A stretch of 45,910 nt of DNA. Source: a candidate division WOR-3 bacterium (lineage in GTDB: Bacteria; Hydrothermota; Tepidihabitantia; SM23-42; JAOAFX01). Of the stretch, positions 1 to 10,453 are shown piece after piece (position 1 is the stretch's first letter; each line of letters opens with the position of its first letter). The stretch spans positions 1 to 45,910 of the forward strand of contig JBDRWA010000001.1 of the NCBI GenBank assembly GCA_039802145.1. The letters run 5' to 3'. Both the position numbers and the translations under genes were made by a program. The notes under the pieces are model-generated. The model worked only from the letters and a program-made list of their open reading frames with translations. It searched no databases and was not told where the DNA came from.

Positions 1-58
1 TAATTAATCCAACTGACAATGAATTAATTTTTAATAAAATTTAAATAAAGGATGCAAA

Positions 59-1648
59 ATGCTTTTATGTGTAGTTCTATTCTTTACCTCAGCTGTTATG
101 AGTTCTGAATTAAGAATGCAACTGGAGAATCTACAAGATAAAGAAATAATCACGGTGATTGTTTTGATGAATGCTGAATATCCTTTTGACGCAGTGGAGA
201 ATTTTCCTATAAAAGAGAAGGCACAAATTTTTAGAGAAATTGCACGCGGGAGTCAACAAACTCTCGTTAATTTTCTTAAGCAATTTCCAGAAGGGGTCAA
301 CGAGATAAAACAATACTGGGTCTTCAACGGTATGCATATCACTGCAACAAAGAAAGTGATAGAGCACCTTGTCAACAGGGATGATGTGAAATATATACTA
401 CACAATGGGATAATTGAACTTCCGAACGAAGGAAAAAATTCAGATATAAGGACAACCGAATGGAATATCAAGAAGATTATGGCTGATTCCTGCTGGAATG
501 CAGGTTATACTGGGGAAAATGTATTAATTGGTATTCTTGATACGGGATGTGATTTTACGCATCCTGCTTTATCTGGCAAATGGAGTGGATACTGGCGGGA
601 TTGTGTAAACGGTCAGACACAGCCCTATGATGATAATGGTCATGGCATATTTATGAGTGGTATTATCTGCGGCGGTGATGGATTTGGACCATTTGTTGAT
701 GATATTGGTGTAGCACCCGGGTCAAAATTAGTTGTTGCAAAGGTTTTTAATTCCCAGGGTGCGGGGCAATATACCTGGATAGATGAAGGAATGCAATGGA
801 TCGCAGATTTGAAGGTTGATTCAGGTGTTGATATTCGTGCTGTTTCTAATTCGTGGGGTAGTAATACATACGAACTTCACTTCTGGAATATCTGTCTTAC
901 CTGGAAATCAATCGGTATTTTAGGAATATGGTCAATTGGTTCAAGTGGACCAGGACAGGGAACCTGTACTGCACCAGGAAACTATCCTCTTGTCTTGGGC
1001 TGTGGGGCAACTGATTCATTTGATAATATTGCTTCATTTTCATCTCGTGGTCCTGCACCAGACCAGCCACCCTGGAATGATACAATCTACTGGCTTAGAA
1101 GAGACTGGAATTTGACCAAACCGGACATTGTTGCACCAGGGGTCAGTATTAGATCGAGTTCTAGTAATGGTGGGTACATGACAATGAGTGGAACATCTTT
1201 GGCAAATTCTCATGTTGCAGGTGGTGTTGCAATATTATGCCAGGCAAATCCCAACCTTACTGTAACGCAATTATACAATCTTTTTCTTAACAATGCCGAT
1301 TCAATTTATTATGGTGGTTATCCTAATAATACCTATGGCTGGGGAAGACTGAATCTCTGGCAGACGCTTCAATCAGTACCGGGGATAAAGGAGAATAATA
1401 AATTCAAAGTTGTAGAAAATATAATAATTATGCCAAATCCATTCAGCGGGCAATTGAAATTAACCAACCTGCCTGATGGTTGTAATATCTCTTTATATAA
1501 TGCGATTGGCAGAAAGGTTTATATTTGCATAAGTGATAAGGGAACAATAGTTATTGCTTTGCCAGTTTCTATAAGAAATGGTGTTTATTTTCTTGAAGTT
1601 AAAACAAAATCAGACCTGATTGTACGGAAGGTTACGCTATTGAGATAA
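59..1648 (+). CDS. Secreted subtilisin-family (S8) peptidase with I9-like propeptide and T9SS C-terminal sorting domain
   Basis: 529-aa ORF with hydrophobic N-terminus MLLCVVLFFTSAVMS. S8 triad motifs are GILDTGCD (Asp), DDNGHGIF (His) and MSGTSLANSHVAGG (Ser). The C-terminus MPNPFSG...LYNAIGRKV...GVYFLEV...VTLLR fits the T9SS tail pattern. AAAGGA lies 6 nt upstream of the ATG. The oxyanion position reads GSSG instead of GNxG. Confidence 0.85.
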   Translation: MLLCVVLFFTSAVMSSELRMQLENLQDKEIITVIVLMNAEYPFDAVENFPIKEKAQIFREIARGSQQTLVNFLKQFPEGVNEIKQYWVFNGMHITATKKVIEHLVNRDDVKYILHNGIIELPNEGKNSDIRTTEWNIKKIMADSCWNAGYTGENVLIGILDTGCDFTHPALSGKWSGYWRDCVNGQTQPYDDNGHGIFMSGIICGGDGFGPFVDDIGVAPGSKLVVAKVFNSQGAGQYTWIDEGMQWIADLKVDSGVDIRAVSNSWGSNTYELHFWNICLTWKSIGILGIWSIGSSGPGQGTCTAPGNYPLVLGCGATDSFDNIASFSSRGPAPDQPPWNDTIYWLRRDWNLTKPDIVAPGVSIRSSSSNGGYMTMSGTSLANSHVAGGVAILCQANPNLTVTQLYNLFLNNADSIYYGGYPNNTYGWGRLNLWQTLQSVPGIKENNKFKVVENIIIMPNPFSGQLKLTNLPDGCNISLYNAIGRKVYICISDKGTIVIALPVSIRNGVYFLEVKTKSDLIVRKVTLLR

Positions 1649-1659
1649 AATTATAAAAA

Positions 1660-2007
1660 CTAAATTGCTACCGGGTTTAAAAAGGTCTGGAATTCAACCA
1701 ATCTTCCTTCCGGGTCTTTAAGGAAAAAGTGATAAATATTGTATTTTTCATTCACCAGTGGTTCGGCTAAAGCCTCAAGCCTGAATTTTTTATACATATT
1801 ATAGACCTGGTCGGTATTTTCATAAAAGAATGTAATGATTCCCTGATTATCTAATTCCTCACGCTGGCAGAAACCAAGCAGTAGATTACCATGTTTAAGA
1901 ATCACACAGTCTGCCTGCTCCAGCCAGACATCCATTCCGACCCTTTTTGTATAAAAATCCTTTATCTTGTTTATATCCCTTGTTTTAAAGAAAATAATAC
2001 CCGACAT
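1660..2007 (-). CDS. VOC/glyoxalase-fold family protein
   Basis: 115-aa ORF with the beta-alpha-beta-beta-beta style pattern typical of small VOC proteins (FFKTRD..FY...GM......LLLGF......FFYE......FFLKDPEGRLVEF). AGGAG/GGGG lies upstream. Confidence 0.55.
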   Translation of the reverse strand: MSGIIFFKTRDINKIKDFYTKRVGMDVWLEQADCVILKHGNLLLGFCQREELDNQGIITFFYENTDQVYNMYKKFRLEALAEPLVNEKYNIYHFFLKDPEGRLVEFQTFLNPVAI

Positions 2008-2065
2008 ATTTGAACCCCTGAACTCCTATCATTATATTTAAAAAATCATAAAAATCAATACTGAA

Positions 2066-4498
2066 TTATTGAGATTGCAGAAATAATCTTATCTCCATAT
2101 TTTCAGGATTTATCTCCAGTGCCTTTCTAAATTTCTGTATCAATCCCTGTCTATCCCTTCTGTTTTGATAAATCAGTCCTTCAATAAAATATTGCTGACC
2201 TTGCAGATATCGCTTTAACTTTTCTGAATCTTCTATACCAGATATAATTTTACTAACATCTACTCTGTGTTCAATTATTGAATTTATATTTAACTCCCAG
2301 TTTTTATTTCTCAAACTCAAGGGTGTGAAGAATTCAAGAATTGGCCGGTTATCAGTATTTATCTGTGCTCCAGTGCTGAATCTCTTTATTGCCTCTTTAT
2401 CCAGAAGACAGGAGACGGCAAGGAGATAAGGGTCTTTGAGCATTTCTTCTTTTATATTTTTCAATGACTCAAAATCTATCTTTTGTGTCTGATTTGTTCC
2501 CACTAATATACCGTGAGAATAACCGAGCCAGATTGAAGTATAGGGGAAAACATCTGCAAAGGTTTTTATCAACGATTTAAATTCTTCAGGGCTCAATTTA
2601 TGAAAAGGAAGATATTGACATACCACACCTTTATCAGATAAGTGTTCTTTACATAATAAAAAATATTCCTTTGTGTAGAGATTCCCACTGCCTAATATTG
2701 GATGTGTAGGGTCACAGGAAATAATATCATATTTTTTCTTACTTAATAGGAGAAAATTCCTGCCATCATTTGAGACAAAATTAACGACCGGATTATTGAA
2801 TATATATTTGTTAAAATCACTAAAATATTTTGATGCCTCACGCAAACCCGGGCAAATCTCAACACAATCAATCTCTCTGACATTATATTGAGCGATTGCC
2901 GATGTAGTAATTCCTACTCCAAAGCCAATTACCAGAACTTCTTTTGCATCTGGGTTAAAAATAAAAGGCAGATTACCGAGCATCTTTACTACCTTTAGGG
3001 CATCATATGTCGTTCCAATTACTGCACTGTTATTCACATAACAGGACCTTATGCCAGTGAGTCGTTCTTCACTTACAATTATTGTTCCATCCCTTGTTTC
3101 TTTATAATAAAGAATACGGTCCTGTCTATTTGGTGTGTTATATAATGAAGGCGGCAGGATGAATTTTTGCCTAAAAGCAAAAATTGAAATGGTTATTGTA
3201 ATAAAAATCATTGACATATTTAATATTCTATTCTTCAAATTGATTGTAAAGATCAATCCGAGAAACAAATTGATAAATGCAATAATGACCAATCCCCTAA
3301 TGACTCCAAGATAATGTATTATAAAAAATCCTGCAACCAAGGAGCCTAATGCACTACCCATGGTATTCAAAAAATAGACCCTACCAATTTTATTTCCCAC
3401 TGTGTTAATTTCCTTACTGTATAATGAACATATCAATGGAAAACTTATTCCCATAAATATCGTCGGTATTAAAACCACAACTACAGAAAGTAAGAGTGCA
3501 GGTAAAAAGATTCTGAAAAATGGTATTTCAAGCAGAACCTGGGAGGTAAATAATAATTCAGGAAGCCTGTTCATAAAAAAACAGCCAATCACAATATATA
3601 GCCCTGTCATAATTTGAATCAGTGTAAATATTGCCTTGAGATTGTTTCTATTTGAAATCTTTATAAAGATAAGACTGCCGATAAAAATGCCGGTTAAGAA
3701 AACAACAAGTATTATAGTAAAAGTATAAGTTGAATTTGTAAGGAATATAGAAAGCGCGCGAATCCAAAAAATCTCACAGGCAAGGCTCGCAAAGCCTGTT
3801 AAACCCGCAATCAATGGTAGATAATCTATCAGACTTCTTGTATTTGATTCTTGATGTTTGATATTCTGAGCTTTGGGTTGGGGGGATTCCAGATTGGCCT
3901 GTTTTTGTAAAATCATAAAAAGCCCAATAATTACATTAATAATAATTGCTATGAGCTGTGTTGATGTTAGACCAAGGTTTTTGATAAAAAGGAAACCCGT
4001 AAGCAATGCACCCAGCACCCCGCCAATGGTATTAACTCCGTATAGTACTCCGATGCCTCTTTTGATTTCATTATCCTTTTGTATATAAATCCTGTTCATC
4101 ACCGGGAATGTGCCACCCATTAAGAAAGTGGGAATGAGCAAAAATATAAAAGCAATGAAAAATATAATAAACCATGAACCCTTTTGAGTTAAATGGAGAC
4201 TGTGGATAATGCCTTTATATAAATATTGTAATTCAGGTAAGAAAATAAGGAGAAAGAGAGAAAAAATGGCGAGTCCGAGTTGCAAAAAAGAAAATAATAT
4301 TTTGGGTTTTTTTATTTTATCAACATAAGAGCCGAAATACAATCCACCGATACCGAGTCCCAACATAAATGCAGTTATCACCATTGTGTTTGCTACGGTT
4401 GTGGAGCCAAATGAAAGCATTAGCAACCTTGCCCAGACTACTTCATAAATTAGCGCAGAAAAGCCGGAAAAGAAAAATAGAATTAAATATATTGCCAT
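2066..4498 (-). CDS. Fused polytopic membrane / spermidine-synthase-like (SAM methyltransferase fold) protein with C-terminal TPR-like tail
   Basis: 810 aa. The N-terminal ~450 aa are hydrophobic multi-helix (MAIYLILFFFSGFSALIYEVVWARLL is typical of this family). The central segment VLVIGFGVGITTS...DIISCDPTHP resembles the spermine/spermidine synthase motif. Confidence 0.75.
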   Translation of the reverse strand: MAIYLILFFFSGFSALIYEVVWARLLMLSFGSTTVANTMVITAFMLGLGIGGLYFGSYVDKIKKPKILFSFLQLGLAIFSLFLLIFLPELQYLYKGIIHSLHLTQKGSWFIIFFIAFIFLLIPTFLMGGTFPVMNRIYIQKDNEIKRGIGVLYGVNTIGGVLGALLTGFLFIKNLGLTSTQLIAIIINVIIGLFMILQKQANLESPQPKAQNIKHQESNTRSLIDYLPLIAGLTGFASLACEIFWIRALSIFLTNSTYTFTIILVVFLTGIFIGSLIFIKISNRNNLKAIFTLIQIMTGLYIVIGCFFMNRLPELLFTSQVLLEIPFFRIFLPALLLSVVVVLIPTIFMGISFPLICSLYSKEINTVGNKIGRVYFLNTMGSALGSLVAGFFIIHYLGVIRGLVIIAFINLFLGLIFTINLKNRILNMSMIFITITISIFAFRQKFILPPSLYNTPNRQDRILYYKETRDGTIIVSEERLTGIRSCYVNNSAVIGTTYDALKVVKMLGNLPFIFNPDAKEVLVIGFGVGITTSAIAQYNVREIDCVEICPGLREASKYFSDFNKYIFNNPVVNFVSNDGRNFLLLSKKKYDIISCDPTHPILGSGNLYTKEYFLLCKEHLSDKGVVCQYLPFHKLSPEEFKSLIKTFADVFPYTSIWLGYSHGILVGTNQTQKIDFESLKNIKEEMLKDPYLLAVSCLLDKEAIKRFSTGAQINTDNRPILEFFTPLSLRNKNWELNINSIIEHRVDVSKIISGIEDSEKLKRYLQGQQYFIEGLIYQNRRDRQGLIQKFRKALEINPENMEIRLFLQSQ

Positions 4499-4504
4499 TG
4501 AACC

Positions 4505-4532
4505 AGTATAATTGTCAAAAACAGAATGTCAA
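4505..4532 (-). promoter_or_regulatory. Sigma70-type promoter, leaderless geometry (TTGACA-16-TATACT, 6 nt to ATG at 4498)
   Basis: Read directly on the reverse complement: -35 at 4532..4527, -10 at 4510..4505. Confidence 0.6.
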
Positions 4533-4585
4533 CCACTATATTCAACCATTTGATTTCTTATCTATAAGGCTACCCTACCAAATCT

Positions 4586-4613
4586 TTGACAAATAATCTC
4601 AAATATATATAAT
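4586..4613 (+). promoter_or_regulatory. Sigma70-type promoter, leaderless geometry (TTGACA-16-TATAAT, 5 nt to ATG at 4619)
   Basis: Read directly: -35 at 4586..4591, -10 at 4608..4613. There is no SD sequence before the ATG. Confidence 0.7.
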
Positions 4614-4618
4614 TTATT

Positions 4619-6517
4619 ATGAGTCAGAGAAAGTTTATTCTCTGGTATATCGTGCTCTTCTTCATCTTTGGAGTTGTATTTCTTCTCTCCTTACGCAAAA
4701 TTTATGATGTTGATATAGGTTTTCACCTGCGAGGTGGAGAATGGATGTTGGAAAACAAGTCATTCCACCATTATGATGTATTTACATACACTGCCCGAAA
4801 TAATGAATATGTCGCAATGTATTGGCTTTATCAGATTATACTTTATCTTGTTTTCAAGTTATCTGGTGATGGTGGAATTTCAATCTGGAACAGTATTTTA
4901 ATATTACTTCTCTTCTTTTTGATATTTCTCCGTCTTCGTAAATCTTCAGTGCCTCTATGGCTGATTTCTATTTTAATTTTATTAAGTATCTTCCCGTTTG
5001 AAATAAGATTCGGGGTCAGACCCGAGATTTTTACATATATATTTATGGTATTGATGCTCATTGTTCTTGATTACTATTTTTTGTATAAAAAAAGTTTTCT
5101 CTTTCTACTTCCGTTGATACAATTGTTATGGGCAAATTTTCACGGTTTATTTATTTTAGGCTGGGTTGTAATCGGTTGTTATCTTATCAGTATTTTCTTT
5201 ACCAATAAAAAAGGATTTATAGATATGTTGAAATGGGCTATTGTTTCAATATTTGTATCATTTATAAATCCCTATCACATCAAAGGCATTTTATTTCCAT
5301 TCTATCTTTTTACAAGACTCCAGAATTCCAGTGTATTCAAGGATGCAATAACTGAGTTTGCCTCACCGTTATCCGAACGCGGCTTTTTACTCACTGCCCA
5401 CTCTGCCTTATTCATATACTTTTTATTCTTTGGGCTCTCTTTTTTATTATTACTTATAACACGACGCCATAGAAAATTGCATGAGTATTTACTTTTTATT
5501 TCATTCGGCTATCTTTCCTGCACCGCGGTGCGAAATATTCCACTGTTTATAATTATTGCCATCCAGATTACAGGAACATCTATCAAGGATTTACTACCTG
5601 AAATAAAAAAGAAGATACAAATTCCTGAACTATTAGAAAATGGAGTTGCTATCACCGTCATTCTCTTTTCTTTTTTGTTTTCCTTGCGTATAATAAATAA
5701 CAGTTATTACGCTGAAAGGGGCGGGGGAAATTTTGGTATTGGATTTGACCCCAATACCCAGCCGATTAAGGCATGCGAGTTTATTGTTAAAAACAGATTA
5801 ACAGGAAGAATCCTCAATGATTTGAATCGTGGTAGTTGGTTGATATGGTCGGTGCGTGAGCCTGTTTATATTGATGGAAGGCTTGAGGTTATGAAAGAAT
5901 CTTTATTCAGTGAATTTCATAATAGCCACGAACCAGGTGGTTTAATTAATCTTATTAACAAATATAATCCTTCACTTATCATCTTTGACTATTCATATCC
6001 TGAGGCACTTTTCTGGGACATTGATTTAGAAAATTCGCCTGAATGGCGGATGATTTACTGGGATGAAACATCGGTTATTTATGCAAAGAAAGGATATGCT
6101 GAAGATTTACAGACAGTATCTCTTTATTCAACAATTCAGAATTTGGATATTGAACAAAACCTCACGGAACAGGCAAAATGGAATATTCTACGCAAGCCTA
6201 CAAAATCTTGTTTACAACTGTTCTTTGAAGGATTATACAAAAAACAAAAATATCCTGTAATCCTGACCAGAATGGCATTTTATGCTTCTGTAAAATTGGA
6301 TTTTCAGACTGCCGAGGTTCTGTATCTGAATGCCTTAAGGATAGCAGATTATCATCTTACAGAAATATATTTCCGGCTTGGTCTAATTTATCATTTTATA
6401 CAGGATTTTGCTAAGGCGGAATATTGTTATCAAAGGGTATTAAAAGAAAAACCCGGACATAAAAAAGCCCAACAAATGCTGAATCGTTTAAGGCAGAGAT
6501 TACCGCCTGTGCAATAG
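4619..6517 (+). CDS. Polytopic membrane protein with C-terminal TPR-like domain (function unknown, possibly GT-C-like)
   Basis: 632 aa. Many hydrophobic helices occupy the first ~370 aa. The soluble C-terminal half ends in TPR-like helices (AEVLYLNALRIAD...YFRLGLIYHFIQDFAKAEYCYQRVLKEKP). Confidence 0.6.
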   Translation: MSQRKFILWYIVLFFIFGVVFLLSLRKIYDVDIGFHLRGGEWMLENKSFHHYDVFTYTARNNEYVAMYWLYQIILYLVFKLSGDGGISIWNSILILLLFFLIFLRLRKSSVPLWLISILILLSIFPFEIRFGVRPEIFTYIFMVLMLIVLDYYFLYKKSFLFLLPLIQLLWANFHGLFILGWVVIGCYLISIFFTNKKGFIDMLKWAIVSIFVSFINPYHIKGILFPFYLFTRLQNSSVFKDAITEFASPLSERGFLLTAHSALFIYFLFFGLSFLLLLITRRHRKLHEYLLFISFGYLSCTAVRNIPLFIIIAIQITGTSIKDLLPEIKKKIQIPELLENGVAITVILFSFLFSLRIINNSYYAERGGGNFGIGFDPNTQPIKACEFIVKNRLTGRILNDLNRGSWLIWSVREPVYIDGRLEVMKESLFSEFHNSHEPGGLINLINKYNPSLIIFDYSYPEALFWDIDLENSPEWRMIYWDETSVIYAKKGYAEDLQTVSLYSTIQNLDIEQNLTEQAKWNILRKPTKSCLQLFFEGLYKKQKYPVILTRMAFYASVKLDFQTAEVLYLNALRIADYHLTEIYFRLGLIYHFIQDFAKAEYCYQRVLKEKPGHKKAQQMLNRLRQRLPPVQ

Positions 6518-6533
6518 TTTTATCTTTAAGAAT

Positions 6534-7562
6534 TTAATTATCAATAATTTCACTAATTATCCCACCACCTAAAACTATATCATCCTGATAAAACACTACT
6601 GATTGTCCTGGTGTGATTGCCCATTGTGGTTTTTCAAAACAGACCTTTGCCTTATCATTTTCAAGATAGACTGTCGCGGGACTCAGGCGGGCAACATACC
6701 TTGTCTTTGCCAGGACATTCAATGGTTTATCAAAGTCAAGTGGTGTTATAAAATTCAGGTCTGTAGCAACCAAATTCCGTTTGTAAACATCCTGCCTCTT
6801 TCCCACATATATAGCATTCTCAGTCGGGTCAATTCTTATGATGTAATAAGGTGTTTTATCGCTAATTCCAATCCCTTTACGCTGTCCATAGGTGTAGTGA
6901 AAAATCCCCTTATGTTCACCTATCCTCTTTCCATTTTTATCATAGATTGGTCCCCTATTTTCATTAATAACACTTTTTAAATAAGCGGTATACTCCATAT
7001 CAGGTAAAAAACATACATCTTGGCTCTTTTTTCTGTGAGCGGTGGGGATTTTATATTCCTTTGCTAAATGCCTAATTTCTTCTTTTGTATAATAACCGAG
7101 TGGCAAAATCATTCTTGAGAGTTGTGTCTGATTTAGTCTGTATAAAAAATATGATTGCTCATTTCTATCTATACCTTTCTTTAATAGATAAATACCGTTT
7201 TTCTTTTCAACCTTTGCGTAATGTCCGGTTGAAATCATATCAAAGCCCATTTCAATTGCCTTCTCAAGGAGTATACCAAATTTTACAAGTTTATTACACA
7301 ACACACAGGGATTCGGTGTTCTGCCTCCTTTATATTCTTTAATAAAATTTTCAATTATTGTCTGTTGATAATATTGAGTAAAATCAAATAAATGAAATTG
7401 AATCCCTAATGTTGAACAGACGATGCGGGCGTATTCAATGTCTTCTTTTTTTACACCTTTGAATAACATCATTGCACCGGCAACTTCATAGCCATTTCTT
7501 TTTAAAATCAACGCGGTGGTGGATGAGTCAACACCGCCACTGAGTGCAACAAGAACTTTCAT
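6534..7562 (-). CDS. mnmA: tRNA-specific 2-thiouridylase
   Basis: 342 aa with PP-loop VALSGGVDSS, conserved CNK..KF and the C-terminal barrel region. It lies directly downstream of a cysteine desulfurase gene. Confidence 0.9.
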   Translation of the reverse strand: MKVLVALSGGVDSSTTALILKRNGYEVAGAMMLFKGVKKEDIEYARIVCSTLGIQFHLFDFTQYYQQTIIENFIKEYKGGRTPNPCVLCNKLVKFGILLEKAIEMGFDMISTGHYAKVEKKNGIYLLKKGIDRNEQSYFLYRLNQTQLSRMILPLGYYTKEEIRHLAKEYKIPTAHRKKSQDVCFLPDMEYTAYLKSVINENRGPIYDKNGKRIGEHKGIFHYTYGQRKGIGISDKTPYYIIRIDPTENAIYVGKRQDVYKRNLVATDLNFITPLDFDKPLNVLAKTRYVARLSPATVYLENDKAKVCFEKPQWAITPGQSVVFYQDDIVLGGGIISEIIDN

Positions 7563-7578
7563 TGGTGGTCAGAAATTT

Positions 7579-8757
7579 TTATTGTTTTTTGGCAAGCGGT
7601 GATATTGCCCTTAATTCTTTTACAACTTTTGGAAAAACTTCACAAACATAATCAATGTCTTCCTCGGTAGTAAGTCTTCCGACAGTAATCCTGATTGAGC
7701 CCCTTGCATCTTCAACTGGAACACCGATCGCAGTTAAAACATGAGAAGGTTCAAGGGACCCTGATGAACAGGCAGAGCCAGTTGCAACTTCAATGCCTAA
7801 CTGGTCAAGGCTCATAAGCAATGCTTCTCCTTCTATGTATTTAACAATAAAATGACAATTATTTGGTAATCTTTTTTCAGGATGACCGTTCAAAACTATA
7901 TCGTCAATACTATTTAATAATGATTTAATCAATTTATCACGCAATCTCTTTGAATGTTCAATCCTTTGTGGCATTTCTCTTATCGCAAGTTCTGCAGCAC
8001 AAGCCATACCCACAATGCCGGGGACATTATGAGTTGATGCCCTCTTTCCCATTTCTTGGGCGCCGCCATGTATTAAAGGTTTAATCCGAGTTCCTTTTCT
8101 TATATATAAAACACCAATCCCTTTTGGTCCATAGAATTTGTGGGCGGAGATTGAAAGTAAATCGACACCGAGTCTATTGAGATTTGTATCAATTGCACCA
8201 AATGATTGGACTGCATCAGTGTGGAAATATACATTTTTTTCTCTGCATATCTTTGAAATCTCTTCTATCGGTTCTATTGTACCAATTTCATTATTGGCGT
8301 GCATTATTGAAACAAGAATCGTTTTATCAGTGATTGCCTTTTTAACATCATCAGGATCAACAATACCATATCTATCAACCGGTAGAAATGTAGTGCTATA
8401 ACCCTGGGATTGTAAGAAGATAAATGGTTCGAGAACCGCGTGATGTTCAATCTTTGTGGTGACAATATGATTTCCTTTGTCTGCCATTGCATAGGCAACG
8501 CCTTTTATTGCCATATTATTAGATTCGCTACCCCCAGAAGTAAATATGATTTCTTCGGTATTCGCTCCAAGTACCTCAGCAATTGTATTTCTCGCTTTTT
8601 CAACGGCGTCCTTCGCTTCCAGCCCAGATGTATGAAGGCTTGATGGGTTACCAAATTTTTCAAAAAAATATGGCTTCATGGCCTCCAATACAGCAGGATG
8701 GAGCGGTGTTGTTGCTGCATAATCAAGATAGATTCTGCGATTTAGTTTGTTTATCAT
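7579..8757 (-). CDS. nifS: Cysteine desulfurase (NifS/IscS class)
   Basis: PLP-lysine motif SISAHKFYGPKGIG and active-site loop ATGSACSSG. I prefer the ATG start at 8757 over the ORF-track TTG at 8763, because the TTG overlaps the -10 box of the promoter. Confidence 0.9.
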   Translation of the reverse strand: MINKLNRRIYLDYAATTPLHPAVLEAMKPYFFEKFGNPSSLHTSGLEAKDAVEKARNTIAEVLGANTEEIIFTSGGSESNNMAIKGVAYAMADKGNHIVTTKIEHHAVLEPFIFLQSQGYSTTFLPVDRYGIVDPDDVKKAITDKTILVSIMHANNEIGTIEPIEEISKICREKNVYFHTDAVQSFGAIDTNLNRLGVDLLSISAHKFYGPKGIGVLYIRKGTRIKPLIHGGAQEMGKRASTHNVPGIVGMACAAELAIREMPQRIEHSKRLRDKLIKSLLNSIDDIVLNGHPEKRLPNNCHFIVKYIEGEALLMSLDQLGIEVATGSACSSGSLEPSHVLTAIGVPVEDARGSIRITVGRLTTEEDIDYVCEVFPKVVKELRAISPLAKKQ

Positions 8758-8762
8758 ATACA

Positions 8763-8790
8763 ATTATAATCTAAAAGAATTCTTTGTCAA
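8763..8790 (-). promoter_or_regulatory. Sigma70-type promoter, leaderless geometry (TTGACA-16-TATAAT, 5 nt to ATG at 8757)
   Basis: Read on the reverse complement: -35 at 8790..8785, -10 at 8768..8763. Confidence 0.7.
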
Positions 8791-8818
8791 TTATTTTTGA
8801 AAATTAGAAAAACCGACC

Positions 8819-8846
8819 TTGACTTATTAAATATTTTCAATAAAAT
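8819..8846 (+). promoter_or_regulatory. Sigma70-type promoter (TTGACT-16-TAAAAT) with SD-containing leader
   Basis: -35 at 8819..8824, -10 at 8841..8846. It is followed by GAGGAGG at 8855..8861. Confidence 0.55.
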
Positions 8847-8866
8847 AAACCTATGAGGAGGTGTTC

Positions 8867-9253
8867 TTGAAGAAAACCATTTTTTTAATTATCATTGCAT
8901 TTGTTATTTTAAGATGTACTAAAAAAGAAGAATTGTATTTTACCCATCTTTATGGATGGTTAAAACATGATACACTCGGTGGCATAAATGGGCTAAAGAT
9001 TAATATTAGAGATATAAATCCAGAAAATACTGATTATTACCGGTTCAGACCATATACAACGGGTTATTCGCCAGATTTCCAGCCGGGTTTCTTTGAAATG
9101 GATAGTGTCTGTTATGGAACATCAAGTTATCAGGGAGGTCAGATTGTTGCCGTGCTTCTTGACAGCACAGATAACCCTGGCTGGCCCAGACAGTATTGGT
9201 ATCTCACTCTTTCTGGCGGCGTAGATACAGTTGAACTTAAGTTAAAAAGATAA
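8867..9253 (+). CDS. Small exported/lipoprotein-like hypothetical protein
   Basis: I prefer the TTG at 8867 (5 nt after GGAGG) over the track GTG at 8861, which overlaps the SD. The N-terminus (M)KKTIFLIIIAFVILRC is signal/lipobox-like. No recognisable domain. Confidence 0.55.
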   Translation: MKKTIFLIIIAFVILRCTKKEELYFTHLYGWLKHDTLGGINGLKINIRDINPENTDYYRFRPYTTGYSPDFQPGFFEMDSVCYGTSSYQGGQIVAVLLDSTDNPGWPRQYWYLTLSGGVDTVELKLKR

Positions 9254-9258
9254 AATAA

Positions 9259-10440
9259 TTGAATCAAACAGGAAAAACTGGATTATCATTCCTCACCCGT
9301 AATATATTCTTTCTCGGTATGGTCAGCCTTTTCACTGACCTCTCTACCGAAATGTCTTACGCAGTTATTCCAATTTTTTTAAAAGATGTTCTAAAAGCAC
9401 AACCCATATTTATCGGATTGGTTGAGGCAATTGCCGAATCAACTGCGAGTATTCTAAAGACTTTCTCCGGGTATATCTCAGACCGATTAGGAAAGAGAAA
9501 GTTATTCATTTTTATTGGTTATACACTCTCGGCAATTGTTAAGCCACTTCTTGCACTTGCCACGCAGGGATGGCACGTTTTAATTGTCAGATTTGCTGAT
9601 CGATTCGGGAAAGGGATAAGAACCGCACCACGGGATGCACTGATTGCTGAATCAGCGAAGAGAGAATTCTATGGAAGAACATATGGTTTTCATAGGGCAA
9701 TGGATACAATGGGTGCTATATTAGGTCCTCTACTTGCATTTTTGATTCTTTCGCTTTCACACCAGAATTATAGATTGTTATTCGCCCTCGCCTTCATTCC
9801 AGGTCTGATAGCGATACTTTTTATTCTTTTTGGTGTAAAAGATATCCTCCCGGAAACAAAAAAGGCATTTAAATTCTCATTAAGAGAAATCAATCCCCAA
9901 TTGCGTTCATTTTTTATTGTAATAATCATTTTTACCCTTGGCAATTCGTCTGATGCATTTTTAATTTTAAGGGCAAAGGAATTAGGACTTGATGTAACAG
10001 CGGTACCAATTCTGTGGCTCGTTTTTAATGTCTCTTATTTTTTATGGTCTTATCCTGCAGGGATAATTTCTGACCGCATAGGTAGAAAAAAGACGATAAT
10101 CTTCGGGTTTTTAATCTATACTATTACATACGGTGCGCTTGCGTTTAATAATAAAATCATAATTTTATGGCCCGTCTTTATAATCTATGGCCTTTATTAT
10201 GGATTTACCGAAGGTAATATAAGGGCTTTTGTAGCAGATTTGACACAACCTGAGCATCGAGGCACTGTCTTTGGCATCTATCATACGATTATAGGTATTA
10301 CACTTTTACCTGCCAACCTATTAATGGGTTATTTCTGGCAAAGATTAGGTTTTGACATTGCCCTTATGGTTGGTGCCAGTCTTTCATTTCTTTCTGCGTT
10401 ACTTTTAATGATCCTGGTGAGATCGGGCAAAGAATCATAA
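9259..10440 (+). CDS. MFS transporter
   Basis: 393 aa with about 12 hydrophobic segments. MFS-like loop motifs are SDRLGKRK (after TM2) and SDRIGRKK (second half). Confidence 0.8.
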   Translation: MNQTGKTGLSFLTRNIFFLGMVSLFTDLSTEMSYAVIPIFLKDVLKAQPIFIGLVEAIAESTASILKTFSGYISDRLGKRKLFIFIGYTLSAIVKPLLALATQGWHVLIVRFADRFGKGIRTAPRDALIAESAKREFYGRTYGFHRAMDTMGAILGPLLAFLILSLSHQNYRLLFALAFIPGLIAILFILFGVKDILPETKKAFKFSLREINPQLRSFFIVIIIFTLGNSSDAFLILRAKELGLDVTAVPILWLVFNVSYFLWSYPAGIISDRIGRKKTIIFGFLIYTITYGALAFNNKIIILWPVFIIYGLYYGFTEGNIRAFVADLTQPEHRGTVFGIYHTIIGITLLPANLLMGYFWQRLGFDIALMVGASLSFLSALLLMILVRSGKES

Positions 10441-10453
10441 AACATTTTTATTG